Below, piece by piece: positions 7,881-18,888 of a DNA stretch of 64,000 nt (its first letter is position 1; the number at the start of each line of letters is the position of its first letter). The position numbers and the translations under genes are program-made. Origin of the DNA: an uncultured Gammaproteobacteria bacterium (lineage in GTDB: Bacteria > Patescibacteriota > Patescibacteriia > S139-126); the NCBI GenBank assembly GCA_964493305.1, contig CAZBLW010000001.1, forward strand, positions 17,743 through 81,742, written 5' to 3'. The notes under the pieces were generated by a model. The model was given only the letters and a program-made list of their open reading frames with translations, did no database searches and had not been told where the DNA came from.

Positions 7881-10442
7881 CTATTCCTTGATAATTTTAA
7901 GCCAGGCTAGGGCCGAGTTTTCATACTCATCATAAATTACTACTTTCAAATAATGGTCGCCACTGGCAAAAGAAGACAAATCAATTGATAATTGTGTTGT
8001 ACCCACCGAGATGTTTTCCCAGGATTTGATTAATAAATCGTCAACAAAAACCTCTAGTTTTTTAAAGGGGTTTTTTGTTTGCCAATTTAATCTAATAAGC
8101 AAATTATTATCAACCACTTGATCTGGCCAAGGTTCAAGTATATCCACCCATGGCTTGCTGTCGCTGGTGTGTAAATTATCAAACTCAGTTGGCGGTTTTT
8201 CATTGGTTATTATGTTGTTTTCTTTTGCCCAGCGCATGACCGCCTCTTCCCAGTTAGCGTATTGAGGGTCGTTTGATTGTGATCCAGGAATTGGCCCCAG
8301 GGGGTTGTTAATATTTACAAAATACAAAATATTATGAATCTCTCGATAGGTTTTTTTTACCTTTAAATTTTCCGGAGTATAATCTGTAGCCAGTAAACCA
8401 CTTAGCGAATCAATAGTAACCACTGTCTCTGCCCCAACCGAACCATTTAGCATGGGTTTATCAGAAATTTCATACTCTGGTTGTTTAAATGTTTCTACTG
8501 GCGTTCCTTGTAAGACTCGGTTCATAAAATTATGCCAAATTGGAGCGGCGATAATTGAACCATCAGCGCCTCTTTTCATTTCTGAGAAGTCGTTGTTACC
8601 CACCCAAACTCCGGTTACTAATGAAGGCGTATAACCCACCGTCCAAGCATCGCGGTAGTCATTAGTTGTTCCTGTTTTAACTGCTACTGGCCTGTCAGGT
8701 AAAGTTAAAATGCCACCAGTGCCAAAAACAAAAGATCTTGCTTGGTCGTCAGATAAAACCGAATTGGTGATTCTGGCAACCTTCTCATCTACCACTTGAG
8801 TGGGTTCTTTTGGTTGATGTTCAAAAATAGTATTACCCTCATTATCTACCACCTTCAAAATAGCTACAGTATCTGCTTTTTTTCCTTCTCTGGCTAATGC
8901 CCCAAAAGCCGCAGTGTGTTCTATTAGTTTTACCTCTCCACCACCCAACACTAAAGACAGACCAAAGCGCGAACGATCAGAAAAAGTGGTGTAGCCCATT
9001 TTTTCTGCCAAATCCAAAACGCTATTGATACCAGTTAAATACAGAGTTTTAACGGCCGGAATATTTAGAGAGCCCTGCAGTGCTTGGCGTAAAGAAATCG
9101 GACCATGTTCTTTAAGATCATAGTTTTTTGGTTCATAATCTTTTCCAATTTCAGTTTTGAATTTGGTAACCACATCATAAACAACCGTTTCGGGCACAAA
9201 ACCTTTAAGCCAAGCTGCGGTATAGACAATTGGTTTAAAAGAAGACCCGGGTTGCCTTGGTCGCAAAACAACATTTACTTGACCGTCAATAGACTCATCA
9301 AAAAAATCTTTGGAACCAACCATAGCTAAAATTTCACCAGTTTTCGGATCAAGTGACACCAGAGCGGCATTACTAGCTTGCCAATTTTTTTGATTGATTT
9401 CAGCTTGGGTTTTTACAACTTCTTCAGCAATATTTTGTTTATAGAGATCAAGAGTGGTGTAGACCTTAAGACCACCTTGTTCCACCAAACGTTCACCATA
9501 AATTTGTGTTAGCAATTCTTTAACATACAAAACAAAGTGAGGAGCTTTAATATTTCCTAACGATTTTTTAAATTCCACCGGTGCTTGACTGGCCGCCTCA
9601 GCTTCTTCTTTGGTAATAAAATTCATATCAACCATTTCGTTTAAAACAAATTTTTGTCTGGCTAACAATTCCTCGACGTGATTGCCGTAAGGAGAATAAT
9701 AAGTTGGCCTTTGTATCATAGCTGCTAAAATAGCGCTTTCTGACAAGTTTAAATCACGAGCAGACTTGCCAAAATAAGTTTGGGCTGCTGACTCAATGCC
9801 ATATGCCGTTGAACCAAAAGGAATATCATTGAAATAGAGCTCTAAGATTTCTTGTTTGGTGTATTTTTTTTCGATTTGATAAGAGAGTATCCATTCTTTC
9901 ATTTTTCTTACAGCCGTTTTTTCATTGGTGAGAATAGAGTTTTTAACAAATTGTTGAGTCAAAGTAGAACCACCAGGAACCAACCCATTGTATAGACCAA
10001 TCTTGTTTAAACCGTAAAGAAAAATTGCTTTGACGATATGTTTAATAGACAGACCTTTGTGTTCAAAAAAGTTTTTATCTTCCAGAGCGATAAAAGCATC
10101 AATGGTGTGTTGGGGTATCTCATCAATTTTAATCAAGGTTCTTTTTTGATCGCCATGAATTTCGTACAATAAATTTTCGCCGGTACGATCATATATTTTG
10201 GTGCTTTCCACAACTAAACGTTGTTGCAATTTTCCTGGTTCTGGCAAACTGCGAGAAATCCAGGCAAACATAATCAGCGCTCCTAGCATGCCAACAACTA
10301 GTAGTAGAGAACCCAAAATTAATAAATTTTTAAAAAGGTTTTTTTTGCTAAATTTTAACCAACTTAAAAAACGGGCGGAAGGTTTGTTCTTCTTACCACG
10401 CCAGTTATTGGGAGAATAGATGTTGTGGGTATTATTTAACAT
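7881..10442 (-). CDS. class A penicillin-binding protein (PBP1A-type transglycosylase/transpeptidase) with a C-terminal extension
   Basis: N-terminal TM segment. GT51 motifs EDKNFFEHKG and GGSTLTQQ. Transpeptidase SxxK (GSSFKP), SLN and KTGTT motifs. Confidence 0.9.
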   Translation of the reverse strand: MLNNTHNIYSPNNWRGKKNKPSARFLSWLKFSKKNLFKNLLILGSLLLVVGMLGALIMFAWISRSLPEPGKLQQRLVVESTKIYDRTGENLLYEIHGDQKRTLIKIDEIPQHTIDAFIALEDKNFFEHKGLSIKHIVKAIFLYGLNKIGLYNGLVPGGSTLTQQFVKNSILTNEKTAVRKMKEWILSYQIEKKYTKQEILELYFNDIPFGSTAYGIESAAQTYFGKSARDLNLSESAILAAMIQRPTYYSPYGNHVEELLARQKFVLNEMVDMNFITKEEAEAASQAPVEFKKSLGNIKAPHFVLYVKELLTQIYGERLVEQGGLKVYTTLDLYKQNIAEEVVKTQAEINQKNWQASNAALVSLDPKTGEILAMVGSKDFFDESIDGQVNVVLRPRQPGSSFKPIVYTAAWLKGFVPETVVYDVVTKFKTEIGKDYEPKNYDLKEHGPISLRQALQGSLNIPAVKTLYLTGINSVLDLAEKMGYTTFSDRSRFGLSLVLGGGEVKLIEHTAAFGALAREGKKADTVAILKVVDNEGNTIFEHQPKEPTQVVDEKVARITNSVLSDDQARSFVFGTGGILTLPDRPVAVKTGTTNDYRDAWTVGYTPSLVTGVWVGNNDFSEMKRGADGSIIAAPIWHNFMNRVLQGTPVETFKQPEYEISDKPMLNGSVGAETVVTIDSLSGLLATDYTPENLKVKKTYREIHNILYFVNINNPLGPIPGSQSNDPQYANWEEAVMRWAKENNIITNEKPPTEFDNLHTSDSKPWVDILEPWPDQVVDNNLLIRLNWQTKNPFKKLEVFVDDLLIKSWENISVGTTQLSIDLSSFASGDHYLKVVIYDEYENSALAWLKIIKE

Positions 10443-10495
10443 AGCTCTCTTTTTATTATAACAATATTTAGATATAATAAAAAAGAAGTAATTTT

Positions 10496-11695
10496 ATGGC
10501 CAAAGTATCAACTGATTCTCAAAAAATTAAAGCATTACTATCACTTGGTGTAAGTGAGGTTTTGGTGAAGAATGACTTGCAGAAAAAATTGGCAAGCGGC
10601 AAGGTATTGCGTATCAAACACGGAGTAGACCCCACCTCCAAAGACCTGCACCTTGGTTACGGAGTAGTTTATCATAAATTGAGAGAATTTCAAGAACTGG
10701 GGCACCAGATTGTCTTTTTGATTGGTGGGTTTACCGGTCGTTTTGGTGACCCAACTGACAAAGACAAAAAAAGAGAATTAAGGTCAAAAACAGAGGTGCA
10801 CGCGCTGACCAAAAATTACTTAAAACAATTGTCCAAAATTTTAGACATAGATCGAGTAGAGGTAAGAGACAACAGTGAGTGGTATGACCAATGGAGTTTT
10901 GAAAGAGGCTTACAGCTTTTATCCAATTTTACCGTAGCCCGAATGTTAGAAAGAGACATGTTTGTTAAAAGACAAGCCCAGGCCAAAGAAATATATTATC
11001 ATGAACCCGTTTATCCTATGTTACAAGGCTGGGATTCGGTAGAAATTAAAAGTGATGCCACAGTAATTGGTTTGGATCAAAAATTTAATGAGTTGCAAGC
11101 TAGACCGCTTCAAGAAGCGCAAGGTCAAGCGCCACAAGATATAGTTGCGGTACCATTATTGGTTGGTACTGATGGTAGGGTAAAAATGAGCCAATCCCTA
11201 GGCAATCACGTTGGGCTTAACGACTCACCGGCTGATCAATTTGGTAAGATCATGTCCATACCCGACGAGGCTTTATTGTCTTATTTTGAGTTAGCTGCCC
11301 GCTATAGTGATGCGGAACTCTCAAGGGTTAGGCGCGAATTAAAAGAAGGTAAAAACCCCAAAGAATTGAAAATTGAGTTAGCACAGGCGGTTGTTGCCAT
11401 GTATCATTCTCAATTAGCTGCCAGTCAGGCGGCTAAAGATTTTCACAATCTTTTTTCTCAAAAAAATATACCTAACAATTTACCCATTGTACAGTTAAAA
11501 AATAAGCAGGTTAGTTTGTTGGATTTTTTAACCAGCCAGCAATTTTGTGCTTCCAAAGGAGAAGCTAGAAGATTGATTCAACAAGGCGGTTTAAAAATAA
11601 ACAATAAAAAGATTTTACAGTACGAACAAACGTTTAATTTTCAATCAGACGATATAGTACAAATTGGTAAAAGAAAATTTGTAAAAATTAAATGA
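10496..11695 (+). CDS. tyrS: tyrosine--tRNA ligase
   Basis: HLGY HIGH-type region, KMSQS (KMSKS) motif and a C-terminal S4 domain. Confidence 0.9.
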   Translation: MAKVSTDSQKIKALLSLGVSEVLVKNDLQKKLASGKVLRIKHGVDPTSKDLHLGYGVVYHKLREFQELGHQIVFLIGGFTGRFGDPTDKDKKRELRSKTEVHALTKNYLKQLSKILDIDRVEVRDNSEWYDQWSFERGLQLLSNFTVARMLERDMFVKRQAQAKEIYYHEPVYPMLQGWDSVEIKSDATVIGLDQKFNELQARPLQEAQGQAPQDIVAVPLLVGTDGRVKMSQSLGNHVGLNDSPADQFGKIMSIPDEALLSYFELAARYSDAELSRVRRELKEGKNPKELKIELAQAVVAMYHSQLAASQAAKDFHNLFSQKNIPNNLPIVQLKNKQVSLLDFLTSQQFCASKGEARRLIQQGGLKINNKKILQYEQTFNFQSDDIVQIGKRKFVKIK

Positions 11696-12084
11696 AGGTA
11701 AAAGCAAAAAAGTATTTCTTGATTTTATTTACCATCGCCTGTTTCCACGCTTTAGGCGTATTTTTTTTATACGACATTTTTCCCAACTATGATATTTTTA
11801 TGCACGGCGGTACTGGTATCGCCCTAAGTTATATTTTAGCTGACCACTGGGGACGACAAATTAATCAGCGCAGTATTAGATATGTTTTTATTTTTAGTGT
11901 CCTAGTTTGTTTGGGGGTAATTTGGGAATTAGGAGAGTATGTTTGGGACCAAACTATTTCCACCTCTTTCAATTTAACTTTTTTACAATTGAGTCTGCGC
12001 GACACCATGGGCGATTTAGCTTTGGATATGGCGGGATCGTTAATTTTTTTGCTTTATTATCATCAGCACAGACTTGACAAATAA
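11692..12084 (+). CDS. hypothetical membrane protein
   Basis: 130 aa, hydrophobic. Its ATGA start overlaps the tyrS stop. Confidence 0.45.
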   Translation: MKVKAKKYFLILFTIACFHALGVFFLYDIFPNYDIFMHGGTGIALSYILADHWGRQINQRSIRYVFIFSVLVCLGVIWELGEYVWDQTISTSFNLTFLQLSLRDTMGDLALDMAGSLIFLLYYHQHRLDK

Positions 12085-12143
12085 TTATTTTTTGCTAAAA
12101 TTAGACATTAAAATTGTTCATTTAAAAATCAAGGAGGCGCGTT

Positions 12144-12716
12144 ATGAGTTTGGTTAAGGAAGTAAAAAAATTGCCCTGGAATTTATCCACGGCTATCACT
12201 TTATTTGGCTTTTTATTGTGGCCATTGGTTTTAAAAACCGTTGGCAAATTCGATTTCTATTTATGGTCAGCTCTATCAGTTTTAGTTGACTTACTGGACG
12301 GAGGAATTGCCGTAATTTTAAAAGAAGAAAATTACAGCCGTCGTTTGGTTGACACCATTAGAGATAAGCTAATTTTTTTTAGCACCCTGACGTTATTGTT
12401 TTATTATGACTATGTTCCTGGTTTTCTTTTTTGGTGGGTAATTGCTTATTTTTCTATTCTTACAGTTGGAGGCTATTTATCTCACGTTTATATAAATTAC
12501 CTACCGGCCTCTGACCACCTGGGTCGTATTTCTCTGATTATTTTATTATTTTTGATAGGCTACTATTATACCACCAGCGTAAACAACCCTGCTCGTTTAT
12601 TTGTCTTTGATTCTCAATTAAATACAGTATTAATATTAATTACCTTAGTTTTGAATATTAGTTGTATTATTAATTACGGCTTTAAAATTTTAGCGGCCAA
12701 AAATAAACCTCTCTGA
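12144..12716 (+). CDS. hypothetical polytopic membrane protein (weak CDP-alcohol phosphatidyltransferase-like DxxDGxxA motif)
   Basis: 190 aa with multiple TM helices. DLLDGGIAV...RRLVDTIRDKL resembles the CDP-OH transferase motif, but the match is incomplete. Confidence 0.4.
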   Translation: MSLVKEVKKLPWNLSTAITLFGFLLWPLVLKTVGKFDFYLWSALSVLVDLLDGGIAVILKEENYSRRLVDTIRDKLIFFSTLTLLFYYDYVPGFLFWWVIAYFSILTVGGYLSHVYINYLPASDHLGRISLIILLFLIGYYYTTSVNNPARLFVFDSQLNTVLILITLVLNISCIINYGFKILAAKNKPL

Positions 12717-12744
12717 TCTAGAGAGGTTTTTTAAATGATATAAA

Positions 12745-13680
12745 TTATTTTTTTCGGTAAAAACGGGCAGCCGTTTCTGGGGGAATAGAATTAATAACTA
12801 GTCCCGCGCCTAGTTCTAGTCCGGCCCAAATAGACTCGCGCGGTTGAATTTTTATATAGAAGTGTTGACTACGATCGGGAATTGATTGGTGCATAAAAAA
12901 GTTATAGGGCATGTTATATCTATTTAGTTTTGCCAAAATCATTTTCATGCCTTTAGCTAAGGAGGCCAATTCACCTTTAGTCAGCTCGGTAATATTATCC
13001 CTTTGTTTATAGGGAAAAATCCAAACCTCATAATGATACAGTGATGCGTAAGGGCAAAAAATAATAATATTTTTGTCATCCCAAACAAAACGAGCAGAAT
13101 TTTTTTCTTTATTTATTATGTCTTGATAGACACTGTGGCCGTGTCTAATTTTATACTCCTGGGCTTTATCAAGTTCATGAAATACATCCGGCGGGGTTTT
13201 TTTGCTAGCAAAAATTTGTGAATGAGCGTGCAATAGCGATGCTCCGGCTGGACCACCCATGTTTTTAAAAATAAGAATATACTCAATATCTTTGATAGTA
13301 CTTAATTTTTTTGTCCGACGACGGTACATATTTAAAACTTGTAAAATTTCTTTATAACTCATATCGCCCAACTCACGACCGTGAATGGGTGTTTCCACTA
13401 CCACTTCTTGTTGCCCGTAGGCTTTAGGGTTGGACAAAGATACGGCCGGAAATTTATTGAGCAAAGTAATTACTTGCCAATTTTTTTTGCCGCCCCACCG
13501 GTCGGTGATTAAATCTTTTTCAATCATAGTAGGACAAAGCACACAGGCTTTGCCTGGTTCACGATGTGAGGTTTCAGTAACGTCTCGGGGACGTTTGGTT
13601 CTGGCCGGCGTTATAATAACATAACGATCTAAAAAATAATCTTTTCTTATTTGAGTTTTGTGATCATAAACAATGGGCAT
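12745..13680 (-). CDS. GalT-like HIT-superfamily nucleotidyltransferase (galactose-1-P uridylyltransferase / ADP-glucose phosphorylase family)
   Basis: 311 aa. N-terminal zinc knuckle CVLCP plus HxHxQ (LHAHSQ), the GalT class I pattern. Last gene of the glycogen-type operon. Confidence 0.6.
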   Translation of the reverse strand: MPIVYDHKTQIRKDYFLDRYVIITPARTKRPRDVTETSHREPGKACVLCPTMIEKDLITDRWGGKKNWQVITLLNKFPAVSLSNPKAYGQQEVVVETPIHGRELGDMSYKEILQVLNMYRRRTKKLSTIKDIEYILIFKNMGGPAGASLLHAHSQIFASKKTPPDVFHELDKAQEYKIRHGHSVYQDIINKEKNSARFVWDDKNIIIFCPYASLYHYEVWIFPYKQRDNITELTKGELASLAKGMKMILAKLNRYNMPYNFFMHQSIPDRSQHFYIKIQPRESIWAGLELGAGLVINSIPPETAARFYRKK

Positions 13681-13687
13681 AAAAAAA

Positions 13688-15121
13688 TTATTTTTTTATT
13701 AATTGTTCATAAAGTAATGCATATTTACGCGCGGATTGTTTCCAGGAAAAATCTTTTTGCAAGCAGTTAATTTGTAGTTCTCGCCAATCGTTTTTATTAT
13801 TGTATACTTTTAGAGCTTTGACAATCGTTTTGTATAATGCCAGTGAGTTTTCTTGTTTAAACATAAAACCAGTGCCATAAATTTTATTTTTTAATTTTTT
13901 GTATTGATCGACAGTATCCTTTAGTCCGCCGGTTGATCGCACAATCGGTATAGCACCATAACGCATGGCTATCAATTGGGTTAAACCACACGGTTCAAAG
14001 CGAGAGGGCACCAAAAACACATCACTGCCCGCATAAATTTTTTGCGCTAAAGCAGGGTCAAAATCAATAATTGATTTTAATGTTGCGGGATATTTTTTTG
14101 CTTGGCTGATTAATTTATTTTCAATATTTTTATCACCAGTTCCTAAAACTACCACCTGGATTTGGTGTTTAGCTAATTTAGGTATAACGCTGATTAACCA
14201 ATCCAGCCCTTTTTGTTCAAACAGTCTAGAAACAACACCAACGAGCATCTTGTCTTGGTTGGTTGTAAATCCCAATTCTTTTTGTAAAGCAGATTTATTG
14301 ACGTTTTTATTGTTGATACTTTTTATAGTGTAATTTTTTTTAATTAATTTGTCGGTAGCAGGGTTGAATTCATCCGTATCAATACCGTTTAAAATCCCAC
14401 TTATTTTTTGCCGTTCAATTTGTAATAGCGAGGCAAGGTTATAACCGAATTTTTTGGTCAAAATTTCTTTAGCATAGGTTTCACTGACAGTATTGACATG
14501 GTCCGAATAAATTACGGCCAACTTCATAAAGTTAATATGTTGAGAATTTATTTTTTCAATTGGCAGACCAATTTTTTGAGCAGATGATTTTCGCCATACA
14601 CCCTGATTGGCAATATTGTGAATAGTAAATAAAGTTTTAATATGGCTTAAAGCAGGATCTTTTTTTATAAGTAAAGGCAACAATCCAGCATGCCAGTCGT
14701 GACAGTGTAAAACAGCTGTGGTTGGTTGGTATTTTTTTATAAACTCTTTAACTGCCAGATTGAATAGGGCGAAGCGACCCTGGTTGGTGTCCGAAGAGTG
14801 CCCGTGTCCGTGTAAATAAATCGGTCCCCGAGAAAGACTGGGGTGATAGAATAAATATAAATTAACCCGAGTGCCTGGTAGGAAAGTTTTGTAGATTTTT
14901 ATATATCCGAAATTGTCTAATTTAAATTCTCCTACAAAGTTAGTTGGTTTTTTGAAATTGGTTAGTTGTTCATAAAGAGGCAAACAAACAGAAACTTTGA
15001 GACTTTTTATTTTAATTAATGCTTTTGGTAATGCACCGACCACATCCGCCAGCCCTCCAACCTTAGCAAGCGGATTTAATTCAGCGGCTACCATTAGAAT
15101 GTTTATTTTTTTTCTAACCAT
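13688..15121 (-). CDS. glgA: glycogen/starch synthase (GlgA-like, GT5)
   Basis: N-terminal KVGGLADVVGALPKAL (K-x-G-G-L) motif and a GT-B C-terminal domain. Confidence 0.85.
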   Translation of the reverse strand: MVRKKINILMVAAELNPLAKVGGLADVVGALPKALIKIKSLKVSVCLPLYEQLTNFKKPTNFVGEFKLDNFGYIKIYKTFLPGTRVNLYLFYHPSLSRGPIYLHGHGHSSDTNQGRFALFNLAVKEFIKKYQPTTAVLHCHDWHAGLLPLLIKKDPALSHIKTLFTIHNIANQGVWRKSSAQKIGLPIEKINSQHINFMKLAVIYSDHVNTVSETYAKEILTKKFGYNLASLLQIERQKISGILNGIDTDEFNPATDKLIKKNYTIKSINNKNVNKSALQKELGFTTNQDKMLVGVVSRLFEQKGLDWLISVIPKLAKHQIQVVVLGTGDKNIENKLISQAKKYPATLKSIIDFDPALAQKIYAGSDVFLVPSRFEPCGLTQLIAMRYGAIPIVRSTGGLKDTVDQYKKLKNKIYGTGFMFKQENSLALYKTIVKALKVYNNKNDWRELQINCLQKDFSWKQSARKYALLYEQLIKK

Positions 15122-15684
15122 GTTATTATTTGATTTAAAATTTTTTTATTGGGTAAATTGGTGGTATTTATCTGCAAACAAGGTAGTTGACTCTTTTGTA
15201 AGAAAAAATCGTAATTTTTTTGTTGGACAATGTATTGTTTGGGCGTTTGTTTGATGCGATTATAGTGGGGGTATAATTGTAACCTTTCTTCTAAGCGGTG
15301 TTGAAAAAGCCCGACATCATTGTCAACAGATAAATAGATTATTTTAAAGTTTAATTTTTTTAAAATTTTTTCAACATTTTTATAATCCACTTTTTTATGT
15401 CGATATAACCAAGAGTACACTTGATCGCTGATGTGAAATTTTTCAAAAATTAGGTTGTCAGGCCTTAATTTTTTAGCCATATCAAGATAACTGTTGATTA
15501 GTGCTTTTCCTTTAGTTGATCCAAAAATGCCAATGTCAGCATTGATCCAGAAACAGCCATCCAATAAATATGGATATTTTTTGGAAGAATATTTTTTTTC
15601 TAAATAATTATAAACTTGGCTAATTACATAACTTTTACCGGTTAATTCAGCACCCTCAAAAATTAAATGGTATGGTTTAGTCAT
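15103..15684 (-). CDS. P-loop nucleoside/nucleotide kinase-like protein
   Basis: 193 aa with Walker A FEGAELTGKS. Overlaps neighbours on both sides and is operonic with the glycogen genes. Confidence 0.4.
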   Translation of the reverse strand: MTKPYHLIFEGAELTGKSYVISQVYNYLEKKYSSKKYPYLLDGCFWINADIGIFGSTKGKALINSYLDMAKKLRPDNLIFEKFHISDQVYSWLYRHKKVDYKNVEKILKKLNFKIIYLSVDNDVGLFQHRLEERLQLYPHYNRIKQTPKQYIVQQKNYDFFLQKSQLPCLQINTTNLPNKKILNQIITWLEKK

Positions 15685-17731
15685 GTTTTTGGGTTAATAT
15701 TTTTTTTACCAATCGTAAATTTTCAACCGGATCATTGGTTATATTTTTATATAAATAGCTAATTTTTTTTAAGTCATAAACCACCAGCTCGAACTTTTTT
15801 TCCAAAAAATTAAGATTAATATTTTTTATAATCCCCATAATAATATAAAAATTTAGACTAGTAATTATATCCCGATCAAGTTTTATGTTATTGAGTTTGA
15901 GATAAGTAGCTAAAAATTGACGACGCAAATATATCGAATTTTTATAAAGAATATTTTTATAGTTAATTTGATTTAAAAAATTCCCGACATCGATTAATGG
16001 GTCGTTTATTTCCGCATTGTCAAAATCAATCAATTTTAATTTGTTTCGATATAAAATTAGGTTTTGTAACTGGAAATCACCGTGGATAAATTTATATTTA
16101 TTTTTTCTAAATCGACTGACTTTCGCTTGTAAAGTTAATAAATTTTTTAGTAAAGTGATATTTTTTTTATTATTGAAACGCTTGTTTTTTTTGATATTAT
16201 TTGAGAACCAGTTTAATTGTTCCGAAATATTATAATTATTGGTAAATTTAATATTGCTAAAATTTTTAGTAGGTAACTTATGTAAGATTGACATTGTTTG
16301 GGCTGATTTTTTGATTAGGGGAGTCAGGTTTTTTTTAGTTTGATAATTTTTATTGGTGATTAAATCGGCCAAAGAACGACCTAAGGTTTTTTCGTAAATA
16401 TATAATTTTTGTTGAGGAAAGTAACCAAGCGGTTGACTTATTAATTTATGACCATTAGGTGAAAGCCAGATAGTTTTAATTATTTGGTATGATTGTCGAG
16501 CTAAATCGTCACCTCGTTCCCAGCGAATTTTTCCCATTATGCTCGTAGTTTTTTTGCCGTTACTGAATAAATATTCGGTTATCAATTTTTGATCACCGGT
16601 TCTAACTACCAGACGGTGGTTAATAATTTCTTTTAAATGCCAAGCTTTTTTTAAGCCAAATATTTTTTTATATTTATTTATGAAATGGTTCGCTGATTTA
16701 AAAGTTGATAAGGTTTCTATTGATCTTACTGTTGAATTGGGTTTTTGCCAGAGTGATAAGTATTCGGAAATTCTTTCTGCCTCTTCAACGTAATAAGCAA
16801 TAGCCTGCCGAGCAATTTTTTTAAATTTAATTTCTGTATTCGGTAAGATGTGTTTGTTTTTTCTATCCAGCTTCAAGCCGGTTATAGAGTTTTCCATTAT
16901 CCGAATATTGCGGGGAATCAATAGTAGTCTATTGAGTAAAAATAGGTGATAAGGGTTATCAATTTCTGGAAAACCATTGGCAATATTGGATTTAATGTCT
17001 TGTTTTATTTCTGGTCTATTCCAAGCAAATAAATACAAGCAACTCAAATCATACAAAGGATTGTTGAGGTGTGCTTCTGACCAATCGATTAAAGCTAATT
17101 TACGATCAGTCAAGATGAGGTTTTTAGGATTTATATCACCGTGGGTCAATACCAACGAAGTGTTGTTTAAAAAGTTTTTTTGTTGTCTCAACAAATTTGT
17201 AACAGTTTGAAAAAGATTTTGGCTAGCATATTTATGAAAATAAACTTTGTTTTTATTGAAGGTGGTAAAATTTGATTTAAAAAACTTTTTTTCCAAAAAT
17301 AATTTATTAGGAATTTTGACTCGTTGTAGTTTTTTTAAAACTTGAAAGAAATTTGTAGCTAAAAAATTTTTTGTAGCTCGTTGACCAATATTAATATAAA
17401 AACCATTTAGGGGATAACCGTTGATATATTTGTACAGTAGATATTCCGGTTGGTTGGCTATATTGCTACTAAAAATTTTTGCGGTTACCAGTCCCTTGAT
17501 TGATTTTTTTTCTAAAAATTTGATTAACTCTATTTCATTTGTAAATTTTTTTTGTGCAACCGCCTGATTATTTAGCCTAATTTTTATTAAAAATTTTTGT
17601 TTTCCGTGTTGCAACATCATAACTAAAAATTCACCACTAGTGCTCATAATGTGTTTTGGTTTTAAATCATATTTTTGCAAAACTTTATTGAGTACGTTAT
17701 TAACCGCATTTGTTGAGAATTTATTGACCAT
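15677..17731 (-). CDS. protein with tandem aminoglycoside-phosphotransferase/choline-kinase-like (APH-family) kinase domains
   Basis: 684 aa. Two Brenner/APH motifs, HGDINPKNLIL...IDWSEA and IHGDFQLQNLILY...LIDFDNAEINDP. Maltokinase-like enzymes of glucan metabolism belong to this fold. Confidence 0.6.
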   Translation of the reverse strand: MVNKFSTNAVNNVLNKVLQKYDLKPKHIMSTSGEFLVMMLQHGKQKFLIKIRLNNQAVAQKKFTNEIELIKFLEKKSIKGLVTAKIFSSNIANQPEYLLYKYINGYPLNGFYINIGQRATKNFLATNFFQVLKKLQRVKIPNKLFLEKKFFKSNFTTFNKNKVYFHKYASQNLFQTVTNLLRQQKNFLNNTSLVLTHGDINPKNLILTDRKLALIDWSEAHLNNPLYDLSCLYLFAWNRPEIKQDIKSNIANGFPEIDNPYHLFLLNRLLLIPRNIRIMENSITGLKLDRKNKHILPNTEIKFKKIARQAIAYYVEEAERISEYLSLWQKPNSTVRSIETLSTFKSANHFINKYKKIFGLKKAWHLKEIINHRLVVRTGDQKLITEYLFSNGKKTTSIMGKIRWERGDDLARQSYQIIKTIWLSPNGHKLISQPLGYFPQQKLYIYEKTLGRSLADLITNKNYQTKKNLTPLIKKSAQTMSILHKLPTKNFSNIKFTNNYNISEQLNWFSNNIKKNKRFNNKKNITLLKNLLTLQAKVSRFRKNKYKFIHGDFQLQNLILYRNKLKLIDFDNAEINDPLIDVGNFLNQINYKNILYKNSIYLRRQFLATYLKLNNIKLDRDIITSLNFYIIMGIIKNINLNFLEKKFELVVYDLKKISYLYKNITNDPVENLRLVKKILTQKHD

Positions 17732-18884
17732 ATTTTTTCCAGTGGGTAGTCCACAGTAAGTACTTAAGTTGATGATAAATTTTTTCAGCTTTAAATTTTA
17801 TGTTTTTTTTGGTATTTAAGGTGCGGATAGTTTTGACCAGCTCTAAGGCCCCCTTTTCCACCTCTTCTGGATGCCAAGCTGGAGCACCAAATAATTTAAA
17901 ATCTTTGTTTGAGGCCCACCAAAAAGTACAACTCGCTAGTCCGCGATTTAGGTGATTTTCCGCCCAATAGTAATTATTGTCTTGAGGGTTATTGAATAAT
18001 TCTTGACTGGCCAATTTTGCCAGTTGCCACAATAATTGGTGAATTTTATTTTTTTGCCCTCGCCAAAGCGGAAAAATGAATTTTTGTTTTAATTCTTTTT
18101 CCAAACTTTCCCAATTGCCAGCTTGAGGGTCGGCAACAATTTCTTCGTTTAGTTGTTTTAAATATTGGTTTATACTAAGAGTTTGGATTTCTTGGTTTTC
18201 TAAAATTTTTCCTAACCAGCCTTGCCAGTCGATAAATCTCAAGCCATATAATTCAGCATCGGTGGCGGTGACTAAATATGGGGGCAATGGTTTTAGTTCC
18301 AAAGTTTTAACCAATTTTCTGGGTGGATAATCGAGCGACCAATCGCGCGACCGGAATACCAAGTTTAAGTTTGAATTTTTTAACTTATATTTTTTTTGCC
18401 AGTCAACTTGATTTAATTTTCCAGTTAAATTTATTTCGTCTAAAATCAGCCACTTATAATTATAGTCAGCAATCAACTGACCAATTTTTTTATTGTAGGC
18501 CATTTCTGGTAAAAAAAATCCCGATGCTTTAGTAGCAAAGTATTGTTGATTTATCTGTTGTTGTAGTTTTATTTGTTGGTGAACAATTTTTTCATCTACC
18601 AATGGTGCAATAGGATGATGCGACAAAGAGTCAACCAACTCTAACTGGCCGCTGGCAATCAATTTTTTAAAGCGCGTAATAATATCTTGATAACCATGAT
18701 CAACAAGTAGTTTTGTAAGACAGCCCGTCAGGTTTAAGCTAAAATGCCAGTTGGGATATTTTTCTGCCATCAACAAAATCCATTCGTAACTTTTTTTTAC
18801 CGCCTCATCTAATTTATCTTGGTCGGTGGTGGGTGGTAGATAAAAGTGTAAAAAATTTACCCAATAGTAAGTATTTTTTTTCAT
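17721..18884 (-). CDS. glycoside hydrolase family 57 (GH57) alpha-glucan-active enzyme
   Basis: Matches GH57 region II (GQLELVDSLSHHPIAPL) and region III (FFLPEMAY, candidate nucleophile Glu). Confidence 0.65.
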   Translation of the reverse strand: MKKNTYYWVNFLHFYLPPTTDQDKLDEAVKKSYEWILLMAEKYPNWHFSLNLTGCLTKLLVDHGYQDIITRFKKLIASGQLELVDSLSHHPIAPLVDEKIVHQQIKLQQQINQQYFATKASGFFLPEMAYNKKIGQLIADYNYKWLILDEINLTGKLNQVDWQKKYKLKNSNLNLVFRSRDWSLDYPPRKLVKTLELKPLPPYLVTATDAELYGLRFIDWQGWLGKILENQEIQTLSINQYLKQLNEEIVADPQAGNWESLEKELKQKFIFPLWRGQKNKIHQLLWQLAKLASQELFNNPQDNNYYWAENHLNRGLASCTFWWASNKDFKLFGAPAWHPEEVEKGALELVKTIRTLNTKKNIKFKAEKIYHQLKYLLWTTHWKKYGQ

Positions 18885-18888
18885 TGTT

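Noticed and set aside
8452-10419. Short ORFs 8452..8634(+), 9065..9274(-), 9105..9329(+), 10198..10419(+)
   Set aside because: They lie entirely inside or antisense to the well-supported PBP1A gene and have no motifs.
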